Source: Fimicolochytrium jonesii (Eukaryota). Taken from it: a stretch of 64,000 nt of DNA. Position 1 is the stretch's first letter, and the number at the start of each line of letters is the position of its first letter. The notes beneath the pieces were generated by a model, which saw nothing but the letters and a program-made list of their open reading frames with translations, was not told where the DNA came from and searched no databases. The position numbers and the translations under genes are program-made. This document shows positions 38,920 through 52,602 of this stretch, one piece after another. The stretch spans positions 124,001 through 188,000 of the forward strand of contig NW_026515695.1 of NCBI RefSeq assembly GCF_025526975.1. The letters run 5' to 3'.

Positions 38920-41900
38920 TCAATACCACCCACCATCCCGTTTCTTCAAATACTCCTGCGGGGTAAGAAGCCCCTTCAACAGATCATCATCCAACCGCTG
39001 CAACGACGGCTTCGACGGGTCCTTCATATCCATCGACAGCTGGGCCGGTTCCTGTTTCGTCTCTGGCGATTTCGGGAGGTTGGGGAGGACGGGCATCGGG
39101 TCCTTTGAATACTCGGGCAACTGGAGGGCGGGTGGTGGAGTAGGGCTGAGGAGGAGGGCATCGTGGGAGGCGTGGCGGGAGAGTTGCGGGCGTTGGACGT
39201 CGTGGAAGGGGCTGATGGGGTGTTGGGGCAGTTGGACCTGGTAGGCGGAGTAGGTTTGGCCTCGGAAGTAGGATGATGGGCGACGGGAGCCGTCGCTCTG
39301 TTGTTGTAGTTGTTGGGGGAGTGGTGGAGTGGGGAGTGGGGGTGTTGGTAATTGCGCAGGGATCTGTTGAGGATGGTAGGATGAATGCACCGGTTGCTGT
39401 GGCGACGTGTACTGACTCGCGGGTGGCTGATATGAATGAGGCGGCATGTAGTTGTAGCCATTGTTAGGCAAGATAGTGCCCTGCGGTGGTGCAGGTACCG
39501 CACCGCTCCACCGACTATTCATCGGCTGCTGCTGCTGCTGTTGAGGTATGTGAGGTTGTTGATTATAATACGAGGTATTCATGCTCTGGTCGAACGAGGG
39601 ACGAGATTTCAGGCTCTGGTCCATTGATCCGCGAGGTAAATACTGCGGTTGGACTTGTGATGGAGGCGGTGACAAGGGTCGGGCAGTCGATGGCATTGGC
39701 TCGTCCATTTTCGGGCCAAGAACCGTGAATGGGATGTATCCGCGGCGGCCGGTTGCGCGATTCGTTCCGTAGCACCACCCTGGACCAATTAATGCCCTAA
39801 GGAATCCGGAGACGCCGTTCAGTATGGCACAATCAACCTACGAAAAGCATTGACGAAGTAAATACTCACTCAACAGCAACCACCTGCCCCTGCATTATCT
39901 CCACATCCCCCGCATTGCGCGGCTGATAGGACCTCAGCGCCCGATAATTCGTCACCGGTATCGCTTGCCCAGGGACAGGAACCTGCTGAACCACCGGCTG
40001 CTGCTGGTTGGCCACTGCCCGTCCATCGTATCCAACCGGCGGTCCCTGCGACGATCTCCTGTTGTACGCGTTGATGATACTCATCTCCTCATGGTCACGG
40101 AACCCGCCGTCCATTGAAAAAGGCCGTTGGTACCGATCTATGGGATTCGGAGTATTGTCACTCCCCATGGGACGGTCTGCGCGGCGCTGAGGCGAGTTTG
40201 GAGGGAGTGGTGCCGGAGAGCCGATGTCACCTATCCGGTGATTTGACGGAAGTGGGGATATCGGCCGTGGGAACATGAATTGATCTCCTTCTGCATCGTA
40301 TCTCGATGTAGGCATTGCCGAAGCTCTCACGCTGCCTGACGTGCTGGCCGTACTTGTAGGGCGGACAGCCGCCCGCTGTAAATCGTCGTGGGATTTGGAG
40401 ACCAATGAGGATGCTGATAGTGGACTTCTGCAAGTTGCCGTGCTGTCCGATATGAACGATGACGGGTTACTACGCGACCCTTGGGATGTGAAAATGGACA
40501 TGCGCTTGCTACGACTCGCGGGTTGTGCCACGCTCTCTCGCGTCGTATCCACGGCTTCGGCCCAGTTGATCCCGTTGACCCCCGACACGGCTGAATCAAC
40601 AGGTTTCCTGGCGGTGTTCGTGTTCATTGGGAGCGGTGGTGGCGGAGACTGACTTCGAGAATTTTCCGGTTTGCCCGGCAACAGCGACTTGTTCCTTCGA
40701 CAAACCGTCAACGTCCCGCCGATAGCATCTGGCACGGACAGCCCCGCAGCCCCAGCCTCCGACATCTTCCATGCTGTCTCACCCAGCGCGTTCAGCGGGA
40801 AGAAACCCTTTGACCGTGTGGTAAGATTCTCGCCCGTCGCCCACCCGTCTTCGAACGATTGCCAGATCTCGACAAGATCGCCCACGGCCAACTCCATCTC
40901 GTCGGCCTCGGCGGGCTGGAAATCGTGTTCCGATCGGTACTGCTGACCAGCGGCGTGAGCGGTTATAGAGCTTTGACGCGTTGCTGGTGCGCCTGCTCCG
41001 GTGACCTCTATGGTAGGCGCGGCGGGTGGCACTTCACCAGGCCCAACGGGTCCTCGTGGTGGGTCCCTGACAGACTGTGTCGCCACGCTTGGAAGTCTTT
41101 CAACTTTAATCTCCGCCACGTCCTGTCCAGTAGAGGCGCTAATCGTGGAAGCATAATCGCTCAGCCCTAAGCCCGCTTGGGGAGAACTTATTATGAAACC
41201 AGCGAAACGCACGGGGATGGTAATCACTTCCCGATGGACCTGTTCACAATCGGGCAGGATGGAAAAATCGACCGTCAAGGAAACGGCGTGAGTGATCTTG
41301 AGGCTCTCAAATTCGGCATCCGCTTGGATAGGGACGCTGAATGGCTGAGAGAAGACGATAGCACTGTGTGGATCAGACGGTAGATGGGCGCGTTGGGGTG
41401 AATGCAGTGCCCTGTCCAGACGCGTGCCGGCCGCACCACGTTCCCCTCGGATGCTAACGTGTTCCTGCCATAAGCAATCAACAGCTCCCAAAAGGATTGG
41501 GGAGTCGTATTTGTGGCGCTTGAAAGCCCGGAATGAGACTCTGGTGACTGGCTTATCTACATTGCAGACCTCCGCATATTCAATATGGTAGTTCAAGAAG
41601 CCTGGCGATAAATAGCGATGAGTGTGCAGTCGTAGCTGGGCCCGTAATTCCCGCGAGCATGAAATCTGCACTCACCATTTGCAAAAGCGCCCTCTGCGGT
41701 AATGATCCGCTCTCCCGCCTCCTCCTCGGTCTCCACGCGCCGACATCTCTGCAGTACGACATCCGACTTTCCAATCAAATGCCCCCGATCCGCCCGCCTC
41801 ATCTTCACAAACAGCGTATGCAGCACTTCTTTCGCAGCATCAGCCTTCGAGAATGTATGCAACGTCGGCGGTAACTTGTTCGACATCGGTAAGGAGAACG

Positions 41901-42591
41901 GGAACTCGTGCGTGCCGGTATTAACTTGAACCGATTCCTTCCACACATACGCCGCGCTCCGTGCGATAGGCCGCATATGCAATCCCGCTGCGGACGGTGC
42001 CTCTGGATCATGTACTGGCTGCCCAGTCCGACCTTGTCCCGAGAATAGCACGATCGTCAGGCGTGGGCTTATGAATGGTCGGGAAGGATTGGTGATCCGC
42101 AAAATCCCATTCAGAGCCCGAGCTTGCGATGTAAACTTCAGCGTAGGCGAGCATGCTGAATCTGCCGGTAACGTCTCCGAAGTGCACTCTTCAAACAGGA
42201 CCTGGATGGATACACCGCCCTCCCCGCTGGTAGAAAGCACCAGCCCCGCATGTCTACTTGCTGCGTCTTGCGGAAACAGCGACATAGGTCGAGCGCTCGG
42301 TTGCGACCGTTCGACATTCGCTGATCCCTCCGTGTTCGGGCTGACCTGCACCTGGTTGTGTCGGCTCGCCGAATGTTGTGCCTGCGGCGCGGCCGTACTC
42401 GGCCGCTGACTTGCCGGGCTCGTACCCGTTGGCCGAGTTTTGTCCGGAGCGTCCCAGTGCGGCTTTTCTGCTGATGGAGGGATCTTCGCCATGGGTTCCT
42501 GGCGGGCAGGCTTTGACGATTTGGACGAGAAGAGGGATTTCAGGAAGCCCTTTTTGTGGGGCCTCTCCGCCTTCTCAACAGAGAACCCCAT
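38920..42591 (-). CDS. Arrestin-fold-like protein with two SH3 domains and SHOCT-like tail (multi-exon)
   Basis: GTHEFPFSLPM..KLPPT (arrestin-N-like); SH3 YRSEHDFQPAEADEMELAVGDLVEIWQSFEDGW..G...GFFP; second SH3 YRALRSYQPRNAGDVEI..GQVV; tail LQRLDDDLLKGLLTPQEYLKKR. Confidence 0.65.
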
Positions 42592-43741
42592 CGTTTCGAT
42601 GCTCTTATAGAGGCGCCAGCCTTGTTGAGCTCCTCTGCAGTTGAATGAGTGAACCCGTTGTTGAATCTCCAGTCGCGAATGCCCCCTGCTTGGCAGGTGC
42701 TCCACAATTTAGCACTGCAAGTTAAAAACGGCTGAAAGAAGGTTAAAATCTATTGAGATGCGACCCGTGGAGGTGCGAAGGTTCTAAAGAAGTGAGTTTA
42801 TGGGGTACTATCTGGGGCTGAGGGGCCAGCGAAAATAGCGATGTTGCAGGCTGGAAAACCGCTCCTGTCTCCTCGCCTCCTCAGGAGTCCTCGGACGAAT
42901 AGCCGAGGAGGTGGCAATTTGCGCCAACACAACGCGCAATCCATCACCAACTGGGCTACTGGGGGATCCCACCTGCCACCCGCCTTCAAGTTTACATGAC
43001 AGTGTACATGTCAATGGGATAAATTACTAGCCCCGCTACTCGAGGATCTCCCCGCCCTCGTTGCACGCTGGTGTACTATTGCTTTTCGTGAGACCGCATG
43101 AACGCTCGCATACTTCCACTTCTGCTTCTTCATATAGATTGCGTCCGTGGCCGCCGAAAAGCGTACGGAAAGGGATCCCCAATGAAAGCCATCGTAGAAC
43201 CCTGGGGGCATACATGCAAGATGGGAGGGAATTCCAACGAGCGACTACGTGAGCTGCAATAAACCTGTTCTGGGAGACGCCTGTCGTTGAGGCTGCTCTT
43301 GGAAGTTGGAACCTCTCACCACCTTCGGGCCCTGCTTCGGGCCTGGGGGGGATGTTCTCAACGCTCACACGCGCCGAAAAATCCAGCCAGGGCAAACTTA
43401 CCGACCCCCCGGTCCCAGCGTCGCACAGATGTCCGGAGGCTCCGCGTTGTTTAACAGCTTCAAACGGACGGTGACCCGCGAATGTGGCTTGGGGCCGCTG
43501 GGCCGTCGAAACGAGGCTTGTGGGTCCCGAAACGGCAGAACGGCAAAAGGTGGTCAGGGTTTAAACGAGTAAAGAACTTGAAAAATGCGTGATTGCCCTC
43601 CATATGAATTAGAAAAAAAAACGTAAAGCCAGTCACAGAAATGAAGCATGATATGGAAAACAGCAGCAAACTGTCTGCGAATCTATATGGACTCTACATA
43701 CTGTACAGATGGTGCGTCCGAGGGACCGTCTATCCCGACTT

Positions 43742-46700
43742 CTACATACGGAAAACACCAAACTGGGTCTCGTTAACCGGCTTGCTCAGTGCCGCGCTCA
43801 GACCGAGTCCGAGCACATCGCGGGTGGAGGAGGGGGTGATGATTCCGTCGTCCCACAATCGTGCGCTGGTGGAGAGGGAGAGTGACGTGTGGGCTGATGT
43901 GAGTACGATGGGAGTGCGGTGTCAACGCTGCAGGTTGACTGAGAAAGGGCCGCTTACCTGGCGAAGTAGGGGTGTCCTTCAGACTCGTATCGCTCCCGGA
44001 TAGGTTTCTTGAAGGCTTCTTCTTCTTCCACGGCCCACTATCGTTCAAAAGGACATGAATGTCAGAACCGTCGTACCGCTTACCTTTCACGAATGCGTTC
44101 GATTACGCCCATACCTCCTGTCCCTTCTTCGCCTTTGCATCTCGAGTGACTATACGACGAAGGAACGCGTTAACACTCAACGAACAATACCCAACGATGC
44201 AGCATGGATGTAACTTACTCTGCGCCAGAACATTGGAAGCCTGCTCGCCTCCCATTACGCTGATACGGGCTGTGGAAACTCGTTTAGCACTCGACATCCC
44301 TACATACAATTCGCTTTCGCGCTACTTACAGTTGGGCCATGTCCACAAGAAACGAGGGCTGTATGCTCTGCCACACATTCCGTAGTTTCCTGTTTCGCAT
44401 TAAATGAAAGAGCATAAGATAACACTCGGTCATTCTACTCTATGAAAACTAATGGGACAGACCTGCTCCGAAGGATCCTCCACACAAAATCTGCGATGAA
44501 CTTATATTAGTGACCCGTCACGAAGGCGTAGGGAGGTTGCATGAAGCAATGCTTACCGTAAACTTTGGAACATTGGCACAAGCAACGGCGGTTACGAGCT
44601 TGGCACCGTTCTTGGCAATCCCGCCGGCCTCGGCGTTCTTGCCGACCATGAAACCTTAGACACAGAGAGACAATGTCAAATTTGGAGGACCGTCAGGGAA
44701 CGACGAACAGAGGACGCACCAGTAATGTTCTGCAAGAAGACCAACGGAATACCCCGTTTGCTGCACAGTTGCACAAAGTGCGCTCCCTTCAAGGAGGACT
44801 CGGAGAACAGAATTCCGTTGTTCGCGACGATTCCGACAGGGAAGCCGTGGATCCTCGCAAACCCTGTAGTTGAGAAACGATTATCAGCGGAAGTCACCGC
44901 TTGCTTCATCGCGACACGACGACAACACACCAGTGATAAGAGAAGTCCCATAGAACTCCTTGAACTCGCTAAACCGACTCCCATCCACAATCCTTGCAAT
45001 AACCTGTCGAACATCATACGGTTTCCTCAGATTGTCGCCGACAATGCCTCCAATCTCTTCGGGGGAGTACAATGGCGGCTCGGGAGCGGTGAGCGTGACG
45101 CTGGGTTGCTTCTTGTAGTTCAGGTTGGCGACGATTTGGCGGCCGAGGGAGAGGGCGTGCGCGTCGGAGTGGGCGTAGTAGTCTGTGACGCCGGAGGTCT
45201 GGAAATTTGAAAAGAGAGTGTGAGGATGATGTTTTCGTTCGGCGAAAGATGGGTGATGTGTACCTTGCAGTGGAGATCGGCACCACCGAGTTCTTCGGCG
45301 GAGATGACTTCTCCCGTTGCAGCTTTCACAAGCTATGGGGTAAACACAATATCAGCAATCCGTGGAGGGTCAGCAGGAGCGGTCCGGAGTACTTACCGGC
45401 GGCCCGGCGAGGAAAATAGTTCCCTGGTTCTTGACAATCACACTCTCATCTGAAAGTCTTCATAGTCAGTAATGATCATGCGATGCCGAAAATGGCTACT
45501 TGACTGACCAGCCATCGCTGGCACATATGCTCCTCCAGCAGTACAGGACCCGAGGACAATCGCGACCTGGGGAATACCAGCTCCTGACATGGTCGCCTGA
45601 TTGTAGAAGATTCTTCCGAAATGCTCTTTGTCCGGGAACACATCCGCCTGTCTCGGCAGGTTGGCACCTCCGGAATCGACTGCAAGGCGAGGATTAGACA
45701 CGGGTGTTCGATGGCCAGAGCCACGTCGCAAACGAAAGGCATACCTAAGTAGATACAAGGCAACTTGTTTTCCCTTGCAATCTCTTGTGCACGCAAGTGC
45801 TTTTTCACAGTAATCTGGCGATATCAAGGGCGTCAATCACACAGGGACTGTCTGAGCGTAATCGAAGGTATGCTGCGTACAGGATAGTAGGTTCCTCCCT
45901 TGACAGTGGAATCTGGGTTCATCATTGATCGCGAATCAGGAGGCTGTCTAACTCTGATTCATTGCGAAAAAAGCCATACCGTTTGCCACAATGACGCATT
46001 CCACTCTGAAAAAGCGATATCGGTCAACCTTAGGTTCCGACAGGACCAGCTTTTGTATCCCTATGATGCTCATACCCGCTGACCCGCCCGATTCCCGTGA
46101 TGATTCCTCCTGCCGGAACGTCATCCTCATACAGCTTGTATCCTGTCATGCGGATGCATTAGCACCGTCCCAGTTCGATCGCCACTCATCACTGTCCTAC
46201 AACATACCAGCAAATTGTGAGAGTTCGAGGAATGGCGATCTGCGTTGAAAATGTCAGCCAAGCAAGCCTCGTTTGCCATAACGTAGATGGATGACTCGCG
46301 CATACCCGGGATCTATGAGGGCGTCGACTCTGTCGCGTGGTAGAAGCTTCTTCCGGGAGAGGTGGCGTTTCCGTGCTTCTAGTCCGCCTCCTGCCAAATC
46401 CCAGAAAGATTGATTAGACCAGGCAGCAAGCTCTTCGTCGAGAAGCGCCATTCATACCTTGCTTTATCTTATCGACATCCTCCCTAAGCTGCTTCACCAA
46501 CTGATCTTGGGCCGCTGCGTTTTCCTGAACGAAATCGAGAACCATCGCGTCACTAATTAGCTACTGCGCAGAGCCCTTCTCACTTCGGGAAACCCACCTT
46601 GAACTCGTCGGAGTGGATGTCAACAGTGTTTTCGATGACCTGTCCGATGGAAGACAAGCTAGCGAAAGTCCTCCTCCCAGAGCTGCATAGGACTTGCGAG

Positions 46701-46780
46701 CTTCTCATTGGTTGTTGGGCAAGCGCATTGTTGGCACGCAGGAGGGTCCTGCTGGACAAGACGAGCTTTGAGCGAAACAT
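43742..46780 (-). CDS. MCCC2: 3-methylcrotonyl-CoA carboxylase beta subunit (many exons)
   Basis: [92 protein letters not shown]-terminal FGVFRM*. Confidence 0.93.
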
Positions 46781-47643
46781 GCTGGGCTGTCGTCGCGAAA
46801 GGTGAGGTCGAAATGTCTCTACGTGCGAACAGGATGTCCAAACTCCAAGGCGTAGGAAACCACTTTTCAAGCAGCTTTGGGGAAACTCTGGTGGAATTGG
46901 AACTGACTTGCACCAGACGCGCTCGTGACTGATCAGTGACGGGTTGGACGTGGAAAGGACCACCCTGTCAATTTACGCTGGGGCGGAAACTTCAAGTCGA
47001 CGGATGACGACGAACGATACTGTATATAGAGTATATGTTGGACTGTGCCCTTGGAAGCTGATTGTCACATAAGTGTGATTAGTTGGAACCTACAATATCT
47101 CGGAATGCCTTTTCCCCCGTCTCTTCCTAGCCATTCATCGCTTTTCCCTGCTCCATCTCTTACATTGATGGCTCCATATGAAACGCTTATGCTTGCCAAT
47201 GAAACCGACTTGCACCCGACCATTACATACAGGAACAGGTGAACATCATACTCTCGAGTTGCGTGCGGTGACTGCTGCGAAAGATGCCCATCCGCTACTC
47301 TTTCAGTCTGTCCAGGTGTGGTTGAGCCGAGGGGGCCGTCCGTCAGAAGTGGAAGTGTCGGTGGTAAATGAGAGACGCGCTCGAGGGTCAGCTGCCGTCC
47401 TCACGAGCATCATCACGTTCGCTCGCTGGGAAACATTCTGCAAAACAAGACATTGGCCTCAGCACGGTTCTCGGTTTACAGCTTTGACATCGGCAAAAGG
47501 AGCTTGCCATCGGGTAGCCAGCATACCTCACTCGAGTCGCTCGTGGAAAACTTCACAGGTGAGCATAGCATAGGGACGACCGCTGGTTCCTGCCGCTCTG
47601 AGATACTAAGGCCATCCGGTGATTCCCCAGACCTTCATCCAAG

Positions 47644-50515
47644 ATGTTAGGGCAGCTTCAGTTCCGATCTGCGGCCGCAACCGCTAAGGCGCTTCACGGA
47701 CTTTCTCAGGCTCAACGCACCCAGTCTGCTGTTGCCGCTACGGCATGCTCGGCACAACGAGCAACAGGCCGAAGGGCAGTCGCGACCTCGACCGACTATG
47801 GCAAGGTACGTTACGACCGCGCATTGTAGCGTTATGGAGACGTGCCCAATAGACTTATTGATATGTTCTGTACAGACTTTCGACAAGATCTTGATTGCCA
47901 ACAGAGGAGAGATTGCATGTCGTGTTATCAAAACTGGTACTGACAGCTGGTTCTTATGCTGTGCGCGAATAAAGAAGGCGTGAGAACTCACCCACTCCGT
48001 GACTCCCAGCTAAAAAGATGGGGATCAAAACGGTCGCCATCTACTCCGAAGCCGATGCGAACTCGCTTCATGTGCGCCTAGCAGACGAGGCAGTCTTTGT
48101 GGTCAGTCACGGATACGCACGACTTTTTATGGCCGCATGCTGCTCACTTATCGGAAATTAGGGACCGCCACCTACGAGCAAAAGTTACCTCAATATTCCC
48201 AACATCCTCGGAGCTATCAAGCAAACCGGCGCGCAGGCTGTTCACCCTGGTTACGGATTCCTGTCAGAAAACAGTCAATTTGTCAAGGCTCTTGATGGCG
48301 TCGGAGCGACTTTCATTGGACCGAACGAGTCTGCTATGGCTGCTATGGGAGACAAGATCCAGAGTAAAATCATTGCACACGAAGCCAAGGTCAACACCAT
48401 TCCTGGTTTTAACGGAGTCGTGAAGGACGCCGAACATGCGGTCGAGATTTGTATGCATACTCCTTGTTTGCGAACGATCATTCGCGCATTACGATAGACT
48501 GACAGCGTTGACCATTCACAGCGAGATCCATCGGCTATCCTGTCATGATCAAGGCTTCCGCTGGCGGAGGTGGAAAAGGAATGCGAATCGCTTGGAACGA
48601 CAACGAAGCACGCGACGCTTTCAAGATCTCGTCGTCCGAAGCTCTGTCCAGTTTCGGAGATGACCGTCTCCTTGTGGAGAAGTTCGTTGAGGACCCGCGT
48701 CACATTGAGATCCAGCTGATCGGAGACAAGCATGGCAACGTCGTACGTAGACGGCATCACATTTTAGCGCATGATTTCCTGTGATCGCTCATGTAGTGAT
48801 TCCGTAATTTCAGATCTACCTGCCAGAACGTGAATGCTCCATTCAGAGGCGGAACCAGAAGGTCATTGAGGAGGCACCTAGTGTTCACATTGACGAGGCG
48901 ACACGCAAAGCGATGGGTGAACAAGCTGTTGCATTGGCGAAGAATGTAGGATACTACTCGGCCGGTATGTAGTTCGTCGTCGTCGGAGCACCAATGGGAG
49001 CGGCAATTCACAGGACGCCTCACCACAGGTACCTGCGAGTTCTTGGTGGACCCGAAGCGGAACTTCTATTTCCTGGAAATGAACACTAGATTACAAGTGT
49101 GGGTGGCGAGTAGTAGCTACTCCTCGTCTTCAACTTGGCTACCATCCGAAAACTCATTCCGACCTTTCAATCCTCAGAGAGCACCCGATCACCGAATACA
49201 TCACAGGCTTAGATCTCGTAGAGCAGATGATCCGGGTCGCCGCGAACCAGAAGTTGAACTTCAAGCAGTCGGACGTGAAAATCAAAGGTTGGGCCTTCGA
49301 GTCCCGCGTGTACGCCGAGGACCCCGAAAAGTACCTCCCATCCATTGGTACGCTCAACAAGTACATTGAGCCCAAGGCGATCAAGGACGAGATTCGCTGC
49401 GACTCTGGAATCGTGGAGGGAAGTGAGATTAGCATTTACTACGATCCTCTGATCTGCAAGCTTTGCACGCATGCACCTACTCGTGCTGAGGCTATCACTA
49501 CCATGGAGAAGGCGCTTGATACCTACGTGATCAAAGGTAGGAGCGTATTGTGTGATTGAAGCCCTACTCAACCGGAGACTAACCTTTCTCTTGTTCTATC
49601 CCACTTAAGGTGTCACACACAACGTCCCGCTTCTCCGCGACGTATACTCTCACCCCCGGTTCCAATCCGGAAAGATTTCCACCGCGTTCCTGGCAGAAGA
49701 ATATCCCAAAGGATTCAAGGGTCACAAACTCACGGAAGAATCCAGCGAAGAGCTGGTCGCCATCTCCGCCGTCATTCACTCCCTCCGCGACGCCCGCAAG
49801 CGCGGATGGGTGCAAGGCGGCGGCTCCTTCGCCGACAACCGCGTCGGCACACCCGTCGCAAAGTCCGATTGGTCGTTCTTTGTCGGCATTGGCGAGAACG
49901 CCACCCAGAAAGCGGACGTCAAGAAAGTAAGCGACGGCACGTACACTGTTGCCATTGATGGAAAGGCGCCCGTCACTGTGTCGAACCTTGAGTGGGTGCT
50001 GGAGAGCCCTATCATCCATGCGCACGTCAAGGGAGCGAAGGGGGCTGCGCGACCCGTCACGATGCAGTATTTGGAGACGGATGCTTCGGGATACAAGTTG
50101 CAGCACTATGGCACGAAGGTATACTAAACTCATGCGTTTTCCTCCTCATCTTCATAACCGTCATGACCATCCTAACACCACCTCTCCCCACCAGTTCTCC
50201 GTCCGCCTCCAAACCCCGCTCCAAAACCAGCTCTCCATCCACATGAAACCCAAGCCCAAGATCGACACAACCCGCATGATCCTCGCCCCCATGCCCGGCA
50301 CCGTCGTCTCCGTCGCCGTGAAAGTCGGCGACCTTGTCGCAGAAGGGTCCGAGCTCGCCGTCGTCGAGGCGATGAAGATGCAAAACGTGCTTCGCGCGCC
50401 GAGGGCGGGGACTATCAAGGGCGTTTATGTGAAGGCGGGAGAGAGTGTGGGTGGGGATGAGGTTATGATTGAGTTTGCGGGGGATGCGGCGAAGACCGTG
50501 AAGAAGAGTGCGTGA
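47644..50515 (+). CDS. PCCA: Propionyl-CoA carboxylase alpha subunit (biotin carboxylase + BCCP; many exons)
   Basis: [21 protein letters not shown]-type [82 protein letters not shown]; biotinyl motif EAMKM. Confidence 0.85.
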
Positions 50516-50692
50516 GGAGTGACTGAGATAGCATAGGTAGATCACACTCCACAGTTCTTTCAACATCTCAAGCGTTAGTGTGGCGTTGGACTAGAATATC
50601 TCATCTGAGGATCCCCCAATCATAGGCGAAGAACACTTTGTAGAGGACTTGATGTTTCGTCGCTCTTCTTCTCTTTCATATGATCCAAAAAC

Positions 50693-52009
50693 ATGCATGT
50701 TTACATCTTGAGGAATGGATTGCCGATTTACATATATCTGGATAGCACACCTGAATGCATCAGGAAGGAATGTTTCGATGGTGAGCACCTGCTCGCTACT
50801 GCTGCTTTCCGCGAGTTTCCTGAGGATGCCTTCCGCAGCGTGAAAGTTCTTCTGGAAAAAGGCTTTGTGGATGCGACACGGTTCGATGTCAGTTGCTTGA
50901 TGTATGTACCGGAGTGCAGCTGGCAAACGGTCGCTTCTCGGCTGGAATCACCATTTTGGATGCGATTCACGCCGCCACTGGACGGTGAGCCACATTTATC
51001 TCTAGTTGGTGAGCCAGACCTCTTGAGATACAAATGTATACTTCGGCATTGACTCTTAGAGCAGCGGCAATATCTCAAAGAAATGGCGCACATGATTCTG
51101 AAAGCTTCGGGAAGCATCAACGAACTAGACGTTTTCAGAGTGACAAATGAAGCCACTCAAGAAGCTTGCTGCGAATTTTTGCACTACAATACCGCAGCCT
51201 ACGATAGGCTTGCCCGTGTCTATCTTCTCAAAATGGCGGAAATACCGCCCGAGTGGGTCCGGAAGCGCGTGTCGCAAGGCTTCTCTATTGGTGGGTCGCA
51301 CCTAAAATACATCCTCAAAAATTGGCTATGTCGCCTGCCGACCGGGCTGGACGGGTTCACCAACTGTGACGAGGCCGACACGGCGTATATCGACGACCAT
51401 CCCATGATCTGGCTACTGAACGTGATACCATCTTCGCGATTGTTTCTGCGTAAGTTTCGTGACTATGGCTACGACGGGCTTCTCCCGGTCGTTCTGCATG
51501 CCGGCCTGAGATTCGAGCTAAAGGACGTGTGCGCATTTTTTGAGAAACGACCCCTGGCTTTCCTCAAAGACCTTCTCGGGGCGGACGAAAGCTGCTTTTT
51601 TCGCGACTCGGACGGTCTGCTCCCTTTTGATCCGCGCAAGGGGCCAGCGCTCTATGAAGCGGCGTTGGCACGGAGCGGACCTTGCGGGCGTAGTAAGCCA
51701 GACGTCCTCAGGCTCTTGGCGGAGGACGTTCGGGTGATACCGTCTGAGGAGAACATATCCGGTGTTGCTCGGTTGCTGTTACCACGTACTGTGCGAACCA
51801 TGCTGGACATTGCCCGTGACAGCTTACCACGAGACGATTTTGCGGAGATGCTTGCCTCTCTGGCTTCTTGCTGGGATGACGCGAACACTTTGGTTGCTCA
51901 GGTGGAGGGAGACTTTGACCCGTTGTTGAAGAGGCACGCGGCCACAAGGATGGTTAGAGTCTTTGCGGACCGCCAAAGGGAAGCACGCCAAGCTGATGGG
52001 AGCCTTTGA
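50693..52009 (+). pseudogene. Uncharacterised intronless gene split by one in-frame stop
   Basis: ORFs 50693-51052 and 51083-52009 are in the same frame, separated only by TGA at 51050-51052; helical-repeat-like composition; no family recognised. Confidence 0.45.
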
Positions 52010-52602
52010 CGCGAGCTTTGGAACCAAGAAAATGCATGGTGTTGGGCAGGGCAGGTTCCCACCCGACATATCATCTATTCCAACGTCCACCGATGGGACT
52101 TTCGTTCACCATCTGGATATTGTGAGCGATCGCGAGCCGCCTTGCTTCCTGCTGGGCTTCTACCATGCAGCATGTAAATTTGATTCGGGGCGGTCGTCAC
52201 TTCACGTCTCAATGGCGACTACGGGCTTCCACCATGCAGGCAACGACCCGTTTGGCAAGGTCAAGCTCCAACCTTGGTCGCTTCGAGCCAGCGCAAATCT
52301 ACAAACGCTCATGGTACACATCTACGAGACGCGACGTATGAGCCATTGGCACCATAGAGCTTGACTAGCGGTTCGTGGGCAAATATAGATCTTGCTAGTC
52401 ATATATCGTAGTTTGTGTTACTTTCCATTTGTCATATATCCTTACACCCGCACGTCAATGCTAAACATGGATTGGCGAGCCCTTGGCCACAGTCGGTTGG
52501 GTTGAGGGTTATAGCTACTTAGCCCACAAACCGGCGGATGCTGTTATCATTCACAAGCATGTCGCAACTCTGCGGGAGCGCGGCTGCGGGAGCGGGAGAC
52601 AT

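Noticed and set aside
52494..52533. Imperfect hairpin CGGTTGGGTTGAG / CTTAGCCCACAAACCG
   Set aside because: Pairs better on the plus strand, opposite to the Fanzor, and lies outside the enclosing stem; no function can be supported.
52575..52602. Putative guide (AUGUCUCCCGCUCCCGCAGCC) resembles the Fanzor minisatellite (GTCTCCGCCCGCCAGCC), suggesting self-targeting
   Set aside because: The match needs gaps, both sequences are low-complexity and GC-rich, and the guide boundary is unverified.
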